Below, piece by piece: positions 1 to 10,047 of a stretch of 32,000 bases of DNA; position 1 is the stretch's first letter; each line of letters opens with the position of its first letter. The notes beneath the pieces were generated by a model, which saw nothing but the letters and a program-made list of their open reading frames with translations, was not told the origin of the DNA and made no database searches. The DNA is taken from positions 1,410,001 through 1,442,000 of the forward strand of contig NC_015931.1 in assembly GCF_000223395.1 (NCBI RefSeq), read 5' to 3'. The DNA comes from Pyrolobus fumarii 1A (GTDB lineage: Archaea; Thermoproteota; Thermoprotei_A; Sulfolobales; Pyrodictiaceae). A program made the position numbers and the translations under genes.

Positions 1-121
1 ACCCGGTATACGCGGCACGACAAACACGTTACCGTCACATTTCACTCTTGTCACGCTCGTTACACGTATAGGCGCAGCTATCTCTTCAGAGAAGCCCTCA
101 AAATACAGACAAGACCTTGAC

Positions 122-568
122 TTAACCCGGTATACAATCTCTACCCGATCCGCCTGCAACCCATAACACCTCCGCAAGCAACTTGAAGATTAGACCCCAG
201 CGCACGACCCCACGGGGGTTACACGAGCCTGCTCTACAACTCCTTAGAAGAGATACTAGCCTCTCATCCACGAGGAGTTCGCCAACCTCCCTGGCAAGCC
301 TCTCGTCAACAACACCACGTAGACTATACACCTGGGCCTCAACCGCAAGATCCGTCAACAGCACCTCTAGACTACTGATACGCTCGGCCGAAGGGGGTAT
401 GCCCGAGCCAAACACATTTTCAATGGCACTTGAGGCACGATACAAGATCCAGGCCAAGGGATACACACGTTCAGCGCCAACACGTGATACAACACTTCGG
501 ACATCCTCTATTATGCTACCCAACTCTTCTCTCTCAAGACGCGCTACAACATTCTTCAAGCTTAACAT
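122..568 (-). CDS. hypothetical protein (148 aa), no family recognised
   Basis: Intact ORF with ATG start. GGAGGTG Shine-Dalgarno-like motif on the minus strand (plus coords 578-584), 9 nt upstream of the ATG. The overlapping plus-strand ORF 183..623 is S/T/R-rich and looks like an antisense shadow. Confidence 0.6.
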   Translation of the reverse strand: MLSLKNVVARLEREELGSIIEDVRSVVSRVGAERVYPLAWILYRASSAIENVFGSGIPPSAERISSLEVLLTDLAVEAQVYSLRGVVDERLAREVGELLVDERLVSLLRSCRAGSCNPRGVVRWGLIFKLLAEVLWVAGGSGRDCIPG

Positions 569-801
569 TCACGCATCCACCTCCTATCACCCGGGGATGG
601 CGAGCAGGCTGGCAGACAACTGAGGGTAAACCCCGGTGAAGAGCAGGCCACCAGCCGACCCTAAAACAGAGCACAACACATGTGAATATAACAACAAATA
701 CTCCCCACAGCAAGGGTGGGCAGGGGCGCGCGACCGGGAGAGGTTTGGTGTAAAAATGGAGCTGGGGGTGTTTGACTCCCGGGGCCCGACACGCTGCGGA
801 C

Positions 802-1032
802 TTAGGCGGTGGCGTGCTGCTCGACTGCCTGCTTACCAGCGTCGGTGATCTGGTACCTGCCGTCCTCTAGCCTCTCAACATAGCCTAGCCTCACGAGCTT
901 CCTCATCTTGGCGGCGACGCGGCGGCCGTCCTCGCCGATCCTCTCAGCGATCTCCTTGGGGCGTAGCGCGGTACCAGCCTCGGCGAGCGCCTTGAGTATC
1001 TTAATGTCTAGCTCGTCTAGGGTGCTAGCCAT
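802..1032 (-). CDS. small winged helix-turn-helix DNA-binding protein (MarR/Lrp-N-like, ~76 aa)
   Basis: Sequence MASTLDELDIKILKALAEAG..PKEIAERIG....VAAKMRKLVRLGYVERLEDGRYQITDAG follows the typical wHTH pattern. There are two in-frame ATGs (1047 and 1032). I prefer 1032 because an A/T-containing box (plus 1055-1062) lies about 26 nt upstream. Confidence 0.7.
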   Translation of the reverse strand: MASTLDELDIKILKALAEAGTALRPKEIAERIGEDGRRVAAKMRKLVRLGYVERLEDGRYQITDAGKQAVEQHATA

Positions 1033-1252
1033 CCTACACCCACCCATTCCGGTTCTATCATCGATTAGGGATGGGGCGTTTTGCTCTTTTGGTCGGCCCA
1101 GAGCGGAGAAACAGGTATCATTCCTTTAACCACACACGATTATGCTATGCTCCCGCTGCAGCTGGTATTAGTGACCCGTTATGCTTGACTCGTGGTACCG
1201 CCAAGGACGTGACGTGAAGGGTATTATCAAGTGCCCAGATAAAAGTATGGGT

Positions 1253-1531
1253 CTAGAGGCTAACCACGCCTCGAAAGGCTTGCCAGGCTGGCATTCTTGC
1301 AACCCGCTTAGCCTTTGCCAATAAGAGCTCGAGCTCATCGTCTTTGGCGTAGTCTAGTGGCTCGCCGCGTCGGTCGTTCTGCTCCCACCGGTTATAGAGT
1401 TCTTGGAGGATACGGGAGACTTCCTCGTCAGCATAGAAGAGCGCCGAATGCCAAGGGCTCATGTTGCTCAATATCATCTCAAGTTCTTTGCGAGCATCCT
1501 TTCTTACGAAAAACTTGTCAATAATACCCAA
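1253..1531 (-). CDS. hypothetical protein (92 aa), translationally coupled to serS
   Basis: TTG start 4 nt after the serS stop, preceded by AAGGGGTGA (SD-like) inside the serS 3' end. No family recognised. Confidence 0.5.
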   Translation of the reverse strand: MGIIDKFFVRKDARKELEMILSNMSPWHSALFYADEEVSRILQELYNRWEQNDRRGEPLDYAKDDELELLLAKAKRVARMPAWQAFRGVVSL

Positions 1532-1535
1532 TGGC

Positions 1536-2927
1536 TCACCCCTTCCCGCCTCTCTCCCTCTTCACGGGGTGTATTGCATCCTTCGGCGCCTTTGGGAATG
1601 GTTCGAGATACTTGCGAAGCACCTTAGGGATAACGATGGTACCATCTGGCTCCTGGAAGTTCTCTAGGATAGCCGTTATAGTCCTCGTAGATGCAATTGC
1701 TGTTGAGTTAAGCGTATGGACATACTCCTTCTCCATGTTCTTGCGCACGAGACGTATGTTCAAGCGATAAGCTTGCCAATCGGTACAGTTGCTAGCTGAT
1801 ACCATCTCGCGGTATCTACCCTGTGCAGGCATCCAGGCCTCAAGGTCGTACTTCTTTGCAGCTGGCGCGCCAAGCTCCTGTGCACATATTGCTACAACAC
1901 GGTAGGGGATGCCAAGTCCCTTGAACAGCTCCTCTGCGTTGCGTATAAGCTCCTCGAGTATTTGGCTTGACTCTTCAGGTTTGGCAAATACAAACTGTTC
2001 CACCTTGTGGAACTGATGCACCCTGAATATACCTTTGAGGTCTCTGTTACCAGCTCCAGCTTCTTTACGGAAGCATGGCGACACTCCAACAAGTTTTATA
2101 GGCAAATCGTCCTCGCGTATCTCCTCGTTCATGTAGAGCGCTGCCAATGGATGCTCGGACGTTGCTATGAGGTAGAGGTCTTCATCCTCTATCTTGTAGA
2201 TCGCGTCTTTGAACGTCTCTATATCTATTACGCCCATTATGACGCGGTGTCTCAACATGTAAGGCGGAAGTACTAGCCTATATCCACGCTGTGTCAAGAA
2301 GTCTATAGCGTACATCAAGAGGGCAATGTCTAGCCATACGAGATCGTCAAACAAGTAGTAGAAGCGCGAACCTGCCACCTCGGCAGCCTTCCTGGTATCG
2401 CCAAGCTTGAGAACATTTTCAAGCATATCAGCGTGGCCCACAGGCTTCTGAGCTATAACCTCGTGTTCTACGCGGAATCCCCACCTTTCCGTTTGCTCCT
2501 TGAACTGGTCAATGTGACCCTCCCACACCTTTGGTTTGCCCCAGAAGCGTATCGGTATACCCTCAACGCCTTCGGGGCAGACAGGTACGTCGGGTAGAAC
2601 TATGTTCGGTAGGCCCCAGAGCAGTTTCTCGCGCTCTTCTTCTATACGCTTTAGCTCCTTCTCTAACTCTTCTCGCAGCTTTAGTAATCTCCTTGCCTCC
2701 TCGATGAGCCGCTTTCTCTCCTCCGGGTCACGTGCCTTTGCAATCATGCGTGTGACTACATTATGCTTATGCCGGACCTCGTTAACCTCTTGTAGCTTCT
2801 TTCTCCATAGCTCGTCAAGCTCTCTAACTCTATCAGCTATGCTTGTGTCAAGCCCCCTTTTCCTAAGGGACTCTTTGTAAGCCTCAGGATTCTCTCTAAT
2901 TAACTTCAATACACTCCACAGCGGCAA
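1536..2927 (-). CDS. serS: seryl-tRNA synthetase
   Basis: 463 aa. N-terminal coiled-coil arm ([19 protein letters not shown]...) followed by a class II aaRS core ([46 protein letters not shown]-like, TLNSTAIA). Confidence 0.95.
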   Translation of the reverse strand: MPLWSVLKLIRENPEAYKESLRKRGLDTSIADRVRELDELWRKKLQEVNEVRHKHNVVTRMIAKARDPEERKRLIEEARRLLKLREELEKELKRIEEEREKLLWGLPNIVLPDVPVCPEGVEGIPIRFWGKPKVWEGHIDQFKEQTERWGFRVEHEVIAQKPVGHADMLENVLKLGDTRKAAEVAGSRFYYLFDDLVWLDIALLMYAIDFLTQRGYRLVLPPYMLRHRVIMGVIDIETFKDAIYKIEDEDLYLIATSEHPLAALYMNEEIREDDLPIKLVGVSPCFRKEAGAGNRDLKGIFRVHQFHKVEQFVFAKPEESSQILEELIRNAEELFKGLGIPYRVVAICAQELGAPAAKKYDLEAWMPAQGRYREMVSASNCTDWQAYRLNIRLVRKNMEKEYVHTLNSTAIASTRTITAILENFQEPDGTIVIPKVLRKYLEPFPKAPKDAIHPVKRERGGKG

Positions 2928-3106
2928 GCCCTACCCACCATCAGACCCATCTCGCAGCCTAGAATAACGGTGAGCCAAAAGTGGTATTGTAGGGGTGAGG
3001 AGGCCCCTACCATCTCTCTGAGCCCGGGTGTTCCGGGCGATGTTGAAGTGGTCCTCGCCGACCGTAGTTTATACACGGGGGCGCTTCTCGTCCTACGGCC
3101 TACCAG

Positions 3107-3991
3107 GTGCATAGTTTGGCAGGTAGGCTTGTGTTTAGCGATGCTCACGCTCACAGTAATCCCGTGAAGGGTATTGGCGCGAAGCGAATAGCCGAGAAGT
3201 TTAGGAGCATAGGTGGTTGGTTTATCGCACTTGTAGCACTATCACCTTGGCACTATGGCATCGATGCTAGGTTGGAGTTTGAAGCGTACCGCAAGATGAT
3301 AGAGATTCACATGCGTGAGTGTAAAGCAGCCAAGGAGGCTGGGCTTCGAGTTGCATGTCTAGCGGGATTCCATCCTGCCGATGTGGACAAGCTCTTGGAG
3401 AAAGGGCTTAACCACCTGAAGGTGCTCGAGCTAGGGTTGAAAGTCGTAGAGTATGTCGCTAGGCTCTGTAAGGAGGGGCTGCTGGACGGTATTGGGGAAG
3501 TTGGGCGTCAACACTACACTACACGTCCAGAGAACGTAGCAATCTCAATGGAGATTGCGAGGCGTGCCTTAGAGCTTAGTAGAGACTACGATTGTATAGT
3601 TCACCTGCATCTCGAGAACGCTGGCGAAATAACGGTAAAGCTTACAGAGCTTGATGTAGAGCGCATAGGGGCAAGAAAGGAACGCCTACTGTTACACCAC
3701 TCGAAACCAGGAGTAGCATCGTACGCTGTGCAACATGGTTTCTACGCCACATTGCCTGGGAAAGAACAGCTGCTTTCATACTACTTCGGTAATTACTCGC
3801 AACTAGTTGACAGGGTGCTACTGGAGTCTGATTATATAGACGACCCTAAGAGGCCATGCGTGTCGTCATGCCCCTGGGAGGTCGTCGAGAGATTAAAGAG
3901 ACTAGCCAATCAAGGCGTGATAAGTGAAGAGGTACTCTACAAGATAAACGTGGATAATGTCGTAAAGTTCTATGGCGTTGAACCCCCGTGA
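3107..3991 (+). CDS. TatD-related metal-dependent hydrolase (TIM-barrel, archaeal COG1099-like)
   Basis: N-terminal FSDAHAHSNP metal-binding HxH motif, an internal IVHLHLEN histidine motif and a length of 294 aa. GTG start. TATA-like GTTTATACAC at 3066-3075. Confidence 0.75.
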   Translation: MHSLAGRLVFSDAHAHSNPVKGIGAKRIAEKFRSIGGWFIALVALSPWHYGIDARLEFEAYRKMIEIHMRECKAAKEAGLRVACLAGFHPADVDKLLEKGLNHLKVLELGLKVVEYVARLCKEGLLDGIGEVGRQHYTTRPENVAISMEIARRALELSRDYDCIVHLHLENAGEITVKLTELDVERIGARKERLLLHHSKPGVASYAVQHGFYATLPGKEQLLSYYFGNYSQLVDRVLLESDYIDDPKRPCVSSCPWEVVERLKRLANQGVISEEVLYKINVDNVVKFYGVEPP

Positions 3992-3994
3992 GCG

Positions 3995-5398
3995 TTACCC
4001 GATGTTTACTACTTTCAACGCCTCCTCCTTAGACAGTTTGACCACACTCATGTAGCTCTCAGATAACACCTTTAGATCAGGGTTGTTGCCCTGTATCATA
4101 ACCGTATGGAGCCTTGCCTTTGCTTTAGCCAGGCCTCTCCTCACAGCCTCTATGGTTACCTTGTCTTCACCATCAGTTATCAACACTATGTCAGCAACAC
4201 CGCTTCTCTTACCTGCAAGTATATCTTCTATTGCAGCTAGGACTGCACGTGTTATGTCAGTACCGCCATTAGCCCTTATCCTCGCTATGTAGTCCAGAAG
4301 CTTGACCAGGTCGCGTCCTCGTGCGTTTTTAGGCAACTTTAGTGGCGGGTATGGAATGCTATCGAAGAACCGTACATAGTAATCACGTCTCTCGCGTGCA
4401 GCACGCTGTGCAAGAGCAAGCGCAACAGCCTTAGCCCATAGTATCTTCGTGCCCATCATACTACCCGACTTGTCTAATAGTACGTACAACGGTCCATGAG
4501 ACTCTGGGAGAACCTTTCGGTAGAGTAGTAGACTACCCTCGCTCAGCTTGTATGCAAGGAATTCCGGTGGCAACGCTAGCTCAGAGGGTACTATGCGTTC
4601 CACGTCGCTACCTAGCTCGTACCCGTCTAGCTCGCCACGTGGACTCTTACGCACCTTTCTTCTGAATCGTGTCTCGCCCTCTTCTATTGACTTGAGCATT
4701 TCTAGTATGTTGCGTACATCAGTGTTCCTTGCTAATCGCAACACATCTGTTATACTGTCCTCGAGCGTGAGACTGCTACCGGTTCCTGCTACGAAGCGCG
4801 CCGCAAGCATCTGTATCTGTTTGGCTGTCTCGGCGTGCGACCATGCCGTCTGTAGTGCACGGCTAATTGCACGGTGCAGGTTAGAATCGTAGTCGTTGCC
4901 AACCATATCCGATTCTCGTCCTTCGCCACTCTTCTGCTCAAGACTGCTAGGCATCTGTTGCGACATATTACTCGACTCGCGAACCAACGTCTCCATGAAT
5001 ACCGCTGAGACTACCATACTGGTTGACGAGTCTGCTATCGTATAACGTCTAATCTCCTCAAATTTGTCCATACTCATGATGCGCGATAGTATCTTAAGCT
5101 GGATGGCGCGCTTCGCATCCTTAACTCTCGAGGCATACTCGCGGTTAATCATTGGCACTGGTAAGAAGAACATATAGTAGGTGCTCACAGCGAACACATC
5201 ATCGACAAAGTCTGGAAGTTTGTCATTGTCTACCAGTTTACGCACAAGAGACAGTACCCTCTCGCCACGATACTGTACCGCAGGATCATCATAATTGACA
5301 CCAACTATTAGCCCCTCACCACCACGAGTAGCCTCCTTAGTCTCAACCTTCTCGTCAAACTGATGCATCAATCTCTCACCCAGAAGAGAGCCTACCAA
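3995..5398 (-). CDS. von Willebrand factor A domain protein, ViaA/CoxE-like partner of the upstream AAA+ ATPase
   Basis: C-terminal VWA domain with MIDAS residues (LLDKSGSMMG = DxSxS, GGTDITRAV, LITDGED). About 290 aa of N-terminal domain has no recognised motif. The start lies 2 nt after the stop of the ATPase gene. Confidence 0.85.
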   Translation of the reverse strand: MVGSLLGERLMHQFDEKVETKEATRGGEGLIVGVNYDDPAVQYRGERVLSLVRKLVDNDKLPDFVDDVFAVSTYYMFFLPVPMINREYASRVKDAKRAIQLKILSRIMSMDKFEEIRRYTIADSSTSMVVSAVFMETLVRESSNMSQQMPSSLEQKSGEGRESDMVGNDYDSNLHRAISRALQTAWSHAETAKQIQMLAARFVAGTGSSLTLEDSITDVLRLARNTDVRNILEMLKSIEEGETRFRRKVRKSPRGELDGYELGSDVERIVPSELALPPEFLAYKLSEGSLLLYRKVLPESHGPLYVLLDKSGSMMGTKILWAKAVALALAQRAARERRDYYVRFFDSIPYPPLKLPKNARGRDLVKLLDYIARIRANGGTDITRAVLAAIEDILAGKRSGVADIVLITDGEDKVTIEAVRRGLAKAKARLHTVMIQGNNPDLKVLSESYMSVVKLSKEEALKVVNIG

Positions 5399-5400
5399 TC

Positions 5401-6540
5401 CTACATGTGGAGCTTGTAGGACACCTTACTTAGCAACTCGTCTATCTCTGATATTATTTGCTGGGCTAGTGCCCTAACCGCCTGATCCTCTGTATCCTTC
5501 ATAATGTGGATTACCTTACTCTTAGCAACCTTAAGACTACGGAACAAGTCAACAAGCCTTGGGTCGTAACTCTTCAGGGTATCAACCAGCCTTGCCGCCT
5601 CACGTATGTTCATACGTATATCGTTAAGCTCTTTGAGATACTTTTCAGGTGTCTTTAGCTCCTCGGAGAGGATTATAGAGACCCGGTCGAAGTCCTCAAT
5701 GTCCTTCGGAGCAATGTATTTAAGTACTAGCAGGTCGGTTTCCTGGGCTACCATCCTACCCTCCAGGATAGCATTAGCTGCTATGAGCTTCAACGCCTTG
5801 CCCTTACGCCTGTCTGTGAGATGTATACCCCTCTCCTCGAATACAGCTATGAGCCTCAACAGCTTTTGTTTAATAGGCTCCAAGTCGACCTGGAATACCA
5901 GTTTATGAGCCTCCATCAAATCCTCCATACTCATGACGGGCTTAGGTTCTGGCAGCTTACCCGACTCTATCATCCAGGCAGCGTCAAGGAGCTCACCCCA
6001 CTTGTTTTCCGGAAGCGGCCTCGTGTACTGTCTTACGAGGAATCTATCATACACAGCCTCTAGTTCCGGCTCATCGGGCACCCGGTTGGATGCGCCGACA
6101 AGCGTCCACAGAGGCACACGTATCTCAGTATAACCGTCGTACCATACACGCTCCTGCATGATGCTCAATAGAGCGTTGAGTATCGCAGAGTTAGCGTTGA
6201 ATACCTCGTCGAGGAACACTATCTCAGCTTCGGGCAGCTTACCTTTCGTTATGCGCACATACTTTCCTTCCTTCAACGCAGCAATATCAAGCGGCCCAAA
6301 GAGTTCTGATGGCTCTGTATACCTGGTCAACAGGTACTTGAAGAAGCGCGCCTTGAGTAACTGGGCTGCCCTCCTAGCGAGGGCTGACTTGGCTGTACCG
6401 GGCTCACCTATGAGTATCACATGTTCACGAGCAAGCAACGCAAGTGTGATAGCACGTGCTTCTTCCTCGCGCCCGACAAATGGAGCTGCAAGCTCCTCGT
6501 AGAAGCGCCTAACTGTTTTAATCACGTCCTGCTTGACCAA
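5401..6540 (-). CDS. AAA+ ATPase, MoxR family (RavA-like)
   Basis: Walker A GEPGTAKS, Walker [11 protein letters not shown], and [18 protein letters not shown]. The last closely resembles the RavA-type segment as I recall it. 379 aa. Confidence 0.9.
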   Translation of the reverse strand: MVKQDVIKTVRRFYEELAAPFVGREEEARAITLALLAREHVILIGEPGTAKSALARRAAQLLKARFFKYLLTRYTEPSELFGPLDIAALKEGKYVRITKGKLPEAEIVFLDEVFNANSAILNALLSIMQERVWYDGYTEIRVPLWTLVGASNRVPDEPELEAVYDRFLVRQYTRPLPENKWGELLDAAWMIESGKLPEPKPVMSMEDLMEAHKLVFQVDLEPIKQKLLRLIAVFEERGIHLTDRRKGKALKLIAANAILEGRMVAQETDLLVLKYIAPKDIEDFDRVSIILSEELKTPEKYLKELNDIRMNIREAARLVDTLKSYDPRLVDLFRSLKVAKSKVIHIMKDTEDQAVRALAQQIISEIDELLSKVSYKLHM

Positions 6541-6567
6541 TACTTTCTACCTCACCAGGGTGACTAG

Positions 6568-7254
6568 GTGCCCGTGGATAATGGTAACACTAAGACACAC
6601 CCTATTAATCTGCCCTTCTTCACACACAACACTCGAAACATACTCGTAATCGGTTACGGCATTCTGACTGCACTTGTAGCGTACATCCTCAGCGACCTGG
6701 GCTACGCTACGGGCTTCTCACTAATGGGGCCGCTAGCACCACGCGTGTGCATCCCCCGAGGCAAGATAGCCTGGAGATATACGCTACGCCTCCTACCCCC
6801 ACTAACATCGATAAGATTGCGGCTCCGCAACAAGAGTACATGTATTCGCGAGACACCGAACCTACTAGGATACGCTGCAAGACGTCTCGTAGCTCACGGC
6901 ATTCCACTCATTGCAACACGATATGCACACCGTTTAGCCGAGAAGAACGACAACTACAGCATAATCTACGTCGCGTACTGCCCGCCGAGATACGTGGTTG
7001 ACGAACACATCGACCAGGTATACGCGTGTAGGTGCACAAAGCATAGTGATTACATACTGGTTAGTGACCCGAGAAGTGCTCCTCCCGGCTGTACCTGTAA
7101 CTTGCTAGACGCTTGTGTCACAACTCGTCACGATACAGTATACATTGAATTCGAGAATGAAGTTGCTGTCTTCATACCGAATATTGAGAATCTTGAGCCA
7201 ACAGTAGAGGAGGTTATGAGCAGGTGGGGTCGGCCCTCACACGGCTCAGCATAG
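6568..7254 (+). CDS. doubtful ORF / hypothetical protein (228 aa) with a Rossmann-like N-terminal segment
   Basis: This is the only long ORF in a 790-bp gap. GTG start. Composition is atypical for this window (8 Cys, many R/T/H/Y/P, few E/K). NILVIGYGILTALVAYILSDLGY resembles a dinucleotide-binding beta-alpha-beta motif, but the protein is too short for a full oxidoreductase. Confidence 0.3.
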   Translation: MPVDNGNTKTHPINLPFFTHNTRNILVIGYGILTALVAYILSDLGYATGFSLMGPLAPRVCIPRGKIAWRYTLRLLPPLTSIRLRLRNKSTCIRETPNLLGYAARRLVAHGIPLIATRYAHRLAEKNDNYSIIYVAYCPPRYVVDEHIDQVYACRCTKHSDYILVSDPRSAPPGCTCNLLDACVTTRHDTVYIEFENEVAVFIPNIENLEPTVEEVMSRWGRPSHGSA

Positions 7255-7331
7255 GAGAGACTTTCTCAGATCCGAGATCGGTCTCCATCCCCTAGTGTCC
7301 TTTATCCTACTGGCTGTTTATCCGCGTAACG

Positions 7332-7856
7332 GTGGCCGGTGATCTGGGTTTGACACGCCCATCGCACTTGGCAATCGTACTTTTTACGTTTACTTTAGGC
7401 TTACTGCTCGGCCTAAGTGCCCCCATAAATATATCACAGTTACAAGAGATTGCTAGCTATGCTCTTGCTCTACCACCCGTGGGCTTCATGCTCTACATAC
7501 TTGCAAACAACTTGTTCGTGACACTCATTGCTGTTATAGGTGGCTTGATAGCTGTAACCCCCCTCTTCATAGCATTTGTGAACGGTGTTGTAATAGGCTC
7601 TGTAGTCACCATCGCGACAAGCTATTATTCGCTACCTGAGGTACTCTGGTTGATACTACCGCACGGTGTATTCGAGATACCTGCATTGCTTCTAGCTTGC
7701 AGTCTAGGCCTCGATGTAGCACACGACGTGGTTAACCACGGGTTTATGTACGCCTGGGCTAGGCTCGGAGAAAAATTACAGACGTACATATTAATCATCA
7801 TTTTGCTAATTATCGCTGCTATAATAGAGACGTGCATTGCATACTACAGAGCCTAA
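7332..7856 (+). CDS. SpoIIM-like (DUF95) integral membrane protein
   Basis: Multi-pass hydrophobic protein with the family-typical segments ILANNLFVTL, FVNGVVIG and LPHGVFEIPALLLACSLGL. Confidence 0.7.
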   Translation: MAGDLGLTRPSHLAIVLFTFTLGLLLGLSAPINISQLQEIASYALALPPVGFMLYILANNLFVTLIAVIGGLIAVTPLFIAFVNGVVIGSVVTIATSYYSLPEVLWLILPHGVFEIPALLLACSLGLDVAHDVVNHGFMYAWARLGEKLQTYILIIILLIIAAIIETCIAYYRA

Positions 7857-7962
7857 ATCAAGGTCTATCTGTTTCGTATCAGCACACGTTTTACCTACAG
7901 GGGATGCTCGGGAGCTTTGCCTATACCCCCGTGAAGCGCTAACGAGTAACCAGAAGTAGAGG

Positions 7963-9123
7963 ATGGTTACAATGCGTTACTGGTACGACCTTAATGGTGC
8001 GTGGATGTACTATAGGCCAGACGCTGTACACGTATGGTTCGACGAGGATGTGAAACGCAGGCTAAGCTGGTATTACAGCGTCATGAAGGATATGAAGCCG
8101 GCAAAGTTCATGATTGTGAAGAAGATTGACGCGGGAGAAGACCCCGCGAAGCTGGATACAGAAGCGTTATGGGAGCTGCACGATAGACTGTCGAACGAGG
8201 CTAAGAGGCTGTGGCGACTAGCTGTTAACGATAGATTTGGTTGGAGGGATTTGCGTGAAATTCCGGAGCCACGATTCTCCCTACTTGATGTGAAGGTAGA
8301 ACTAGCGCATAGGACGTTACGCGCATGCACGTTTTGTGAGAGAAGATGCAGGGTTGACCGTAGAGCTGGAAAAGTTGGCGTCTGCAGGCTAGATTGGAGA
8401 GTGTACGTTCATAGCTGGTTTCACCATCTCGGAGAGGAAGCCCCGCTTGTGCCAAGCGGCACAATATTCTATGGCGGGTGTAACTTCCGCTGCGTGTTCT
8501 GCCAGAATTGGGATATAAGCCAGACAAACGTTAGGGGTGGCGTGGAAGTAGATGCACAGAAGCTTGCAAAGATACAGCGTGAATTAAGAGTAACTGGTGC
8601 TCGCAACATAAACCACGTTGGCGGTGATCCAACACCAAACCTTCATGTTATACTAGAGTCTTTCAAGTACCTTGATGTTAACGTCCCTCAACTATGGAAT
8701 AGCAACATGTACCTTACATTAGAGGCTATGAAACTCCTCGTTGATGTTATTGACATCTGGCTACCAGACTTCAAGTATGGTAATGATAAGTGTGCAGTTA
8801 GACTATCAGCTGCTCCGCGCTACTTCGAAGTAGTGACACGCAACTTGAAAATTGCTGCGGAGAACGGCGATATGATAATAAGACATCTAGTCTTGCCCGG
8901 TCATATCGAGTGTTGCACGAAACCGGTTCTACGCTGGATAGCGGAGAATCTACCGAAAGACAAGATACTCGTCAATATAATGGACCAGTATAGGCCGGAG
9001 TATCTAGTCGCAAAGTATCCCAATCGCTGGCTTGATATAGCGAGGCGGCCCACAAAGGAGGAAATTGAGGAAGCTTACGAGTATGCCCGGAAACTTGGGA
9101 TCCGTTTCGAACCCGTAAGCTGA
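7963..9123 (+). CDS. radical SAM protein, PflX-like (pyruvate formate-lyase activating enzyme homologue, COG1313-like)
   Basis: CNFRCVFCQNWD CxxxCxxC radical SAM cluster motif. An upstream accessory Cys cluster CTFCERRCRVDRRAGKVGVC. 386 aa. Confidence 0.85.
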   Translation: MVTMRYWYDLNGAWMYYRPDAVHVWFDEDVKRRLSWYYSVMKDMKPAKFMIVKKIDAGEDPAKLDTEALWELHDRLSNEAKRLWRLAVNDRFGWRDLREIPEPRFSLLDVKVELAHRTLRACTFCERRCRVDRRAGKVGVCRLDWRVYVHSWFHHLGEEAPLVPSGTIFYGGCNFRCVFCQNWDISQTNVRGGVEVDAQKLAKIQRELRVTGARNINHVGGDPTPNLHVILESFKYLDVNVPQLWNSNMYLTLEAMKLLVDVIDIWLPDFKYGNDKCAVRLSAAPRYFEVVTRNLKIAAENGDMIIRHLVLPGHIECCTKPVLRWIAENLPKDKILVNIMDQYRPEYLVAKYPNRWLDIARRPTKEEIEEAYEYARKLGIRFEPVS

Positions 9124-9129
9124 TGTCTT

Positions 9130-10047
9130 TCACCGTTTGCACGCAATGCCTACAACTTCGCTGATATTACTGAATCCTTTTCTCTCGAGATACTCTCGAA
9201 GACTTGTAACAATCTCGTGTACAACTCCTAGACCCTTATCGAATAACGCGGTGCCAACCTGCACTGCGCGTGCACCAGCTGCTATCAGTTCTACCGCATC
9301 ACGCCACGTGTAGACACCACCTACGCCGACAATGTCTACGCCAGTCTCACAGTAGACATCGTAAACAGCTCTTACAGCAACAGGGTGAATAGCCCTACCG
9401 GATAACCCGCCAACAATACCACCAAGTACAGGCCTGAGAGTCTCTACGTCAATAACCATTGCGCGTATCGTGTTTATCAATACTACAGCGCTTGCACCGG
9501 CCTCTACAAACTCCAGAACCCTTTCGGGCAGCCTATCGAGGAGACCAAGCTTCACCCATACCGGTCTGTCGCCAACTACCGCTACAATCGACTCGACTAT
9601 CATTTTTGACAGTTTACGATCATAGCCCACTTCAAGCCCTCTACCCTCTGCATGTGGGCAACTCAGATTGACCTCTATTGCATCGGCACCAGCTTCTACG
9701 CTAACCTCTGCAAGCTTGGCTGCTTCCTCTGGGTTACCGGCCGCTATGCTAACAATCACTGGTTTGCCGTAGGCTTTTGCAGCACGCACAACCTCCGGGA
9801 TTCCGTTAATACCTGGATTGGCGAGTCCCACTGAGTTAACATACCCGGCTTCTACGGGGATTATCACTGGGGTTGGATTGCCTTCACGCTCCTCCATGGT
9901 GAAAGATTTCGTTACAACTGCGGCAACACCAGCCTTTACTAGCTCTGCAACGCCGCTAGAATCAACTGCAAGTATGCCACTAGCATTCATCACTGGATGT
10001 TCTAGTTTCAACTTACCTACTTCCACTGCTAGACGAGAGTCTCGCAA
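9130..10047 (-). CDS. pyrD: dihydroorotate dehydrogenase, catalytic subunit (class 1B)
   Basis: LEHPVMNASG N-terminal motif, active-site NLSCPH (catalytic Cys) and a TIM-barrel FMN pattern. It sits in a cluster with pyrK. TTG start at 10047, with an alternative GTG at 10026. It overlaps the pyrC 3' end. Confidence 0.93.
   Translation of the reverse strand: MRDSRLAVEVGKLKLEHPVMNASGILAVDSSGVAELVKAGVAAVVTKSFTMEEREGNPTPVIIPVEAGYVNSVGLANPGINGIPEVVRAAKAYGKPVIVSIAAGNPEEAAKLAEVSVEAGADAIEVNLSCPHAEGRGLEVGYDRKLSKMIVESIVAVVGDRPVWVKLGLLDRLPERVLEFVEAGASAVVLINTIRAMVIDVETLRPVLGGIVGGLSGRAIHPVAVRAVYDVYCETGVDIVGVGGVYTWRDAVELIAAGARAVQVGTALFDKGLGVVHEIVTSLREYLERKGFSNISEVVGIACKR

Noticed and set aside
1-135. An 11-bp direct repeat ACCCGGTATAC at 1-11 and 125-135. 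Also an open minus-strand frame running off the left edge of the window, with a possible GTG at 54-52 (VTRVKCDGNVFVVPRIPG...).
   Set aside because: The repeat is short and, in both copies, encodes the same IPG tripeptide in the minus frame, so it may be chance or weak paralogy. The edge ORF is only about 18 codons inside the window and cannot be evaluated.
183-623. Long plus-strand ORF (146 aa) overlapping the 122..568 minus-strand ORF. Similar shadow ORFs occur at 2536..2880, 4548..4892, 6158..6502, 9818..10162, 13107..13376, 14145..14693, 22556..23017, 24156..24602 and 27910..28254, among others.
   Set aside because: The products are Ser/Thr/Arg/Pro-rich and low in complexity. They lie antisense to genes with clear family motifs or SD signals, which is typical of antisense shadow ORFs in roughly 50% GC DNA.
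740-800. GC-rich stretch GGGTGGGCAGGGGCGCGCGACCGGG...GGGGGTGTTTGACTCCCGGGGCCCG that superficially looks like a tRNA T-arm or a structured RNA.
   Set aside because: The loop TGTTTGA lacks the canonical TTCRANT T-loop, and I could build no acceptor, D or anticodon arms on either strand. It is probably a 3' UTR or terminator region of the wHTH gene.
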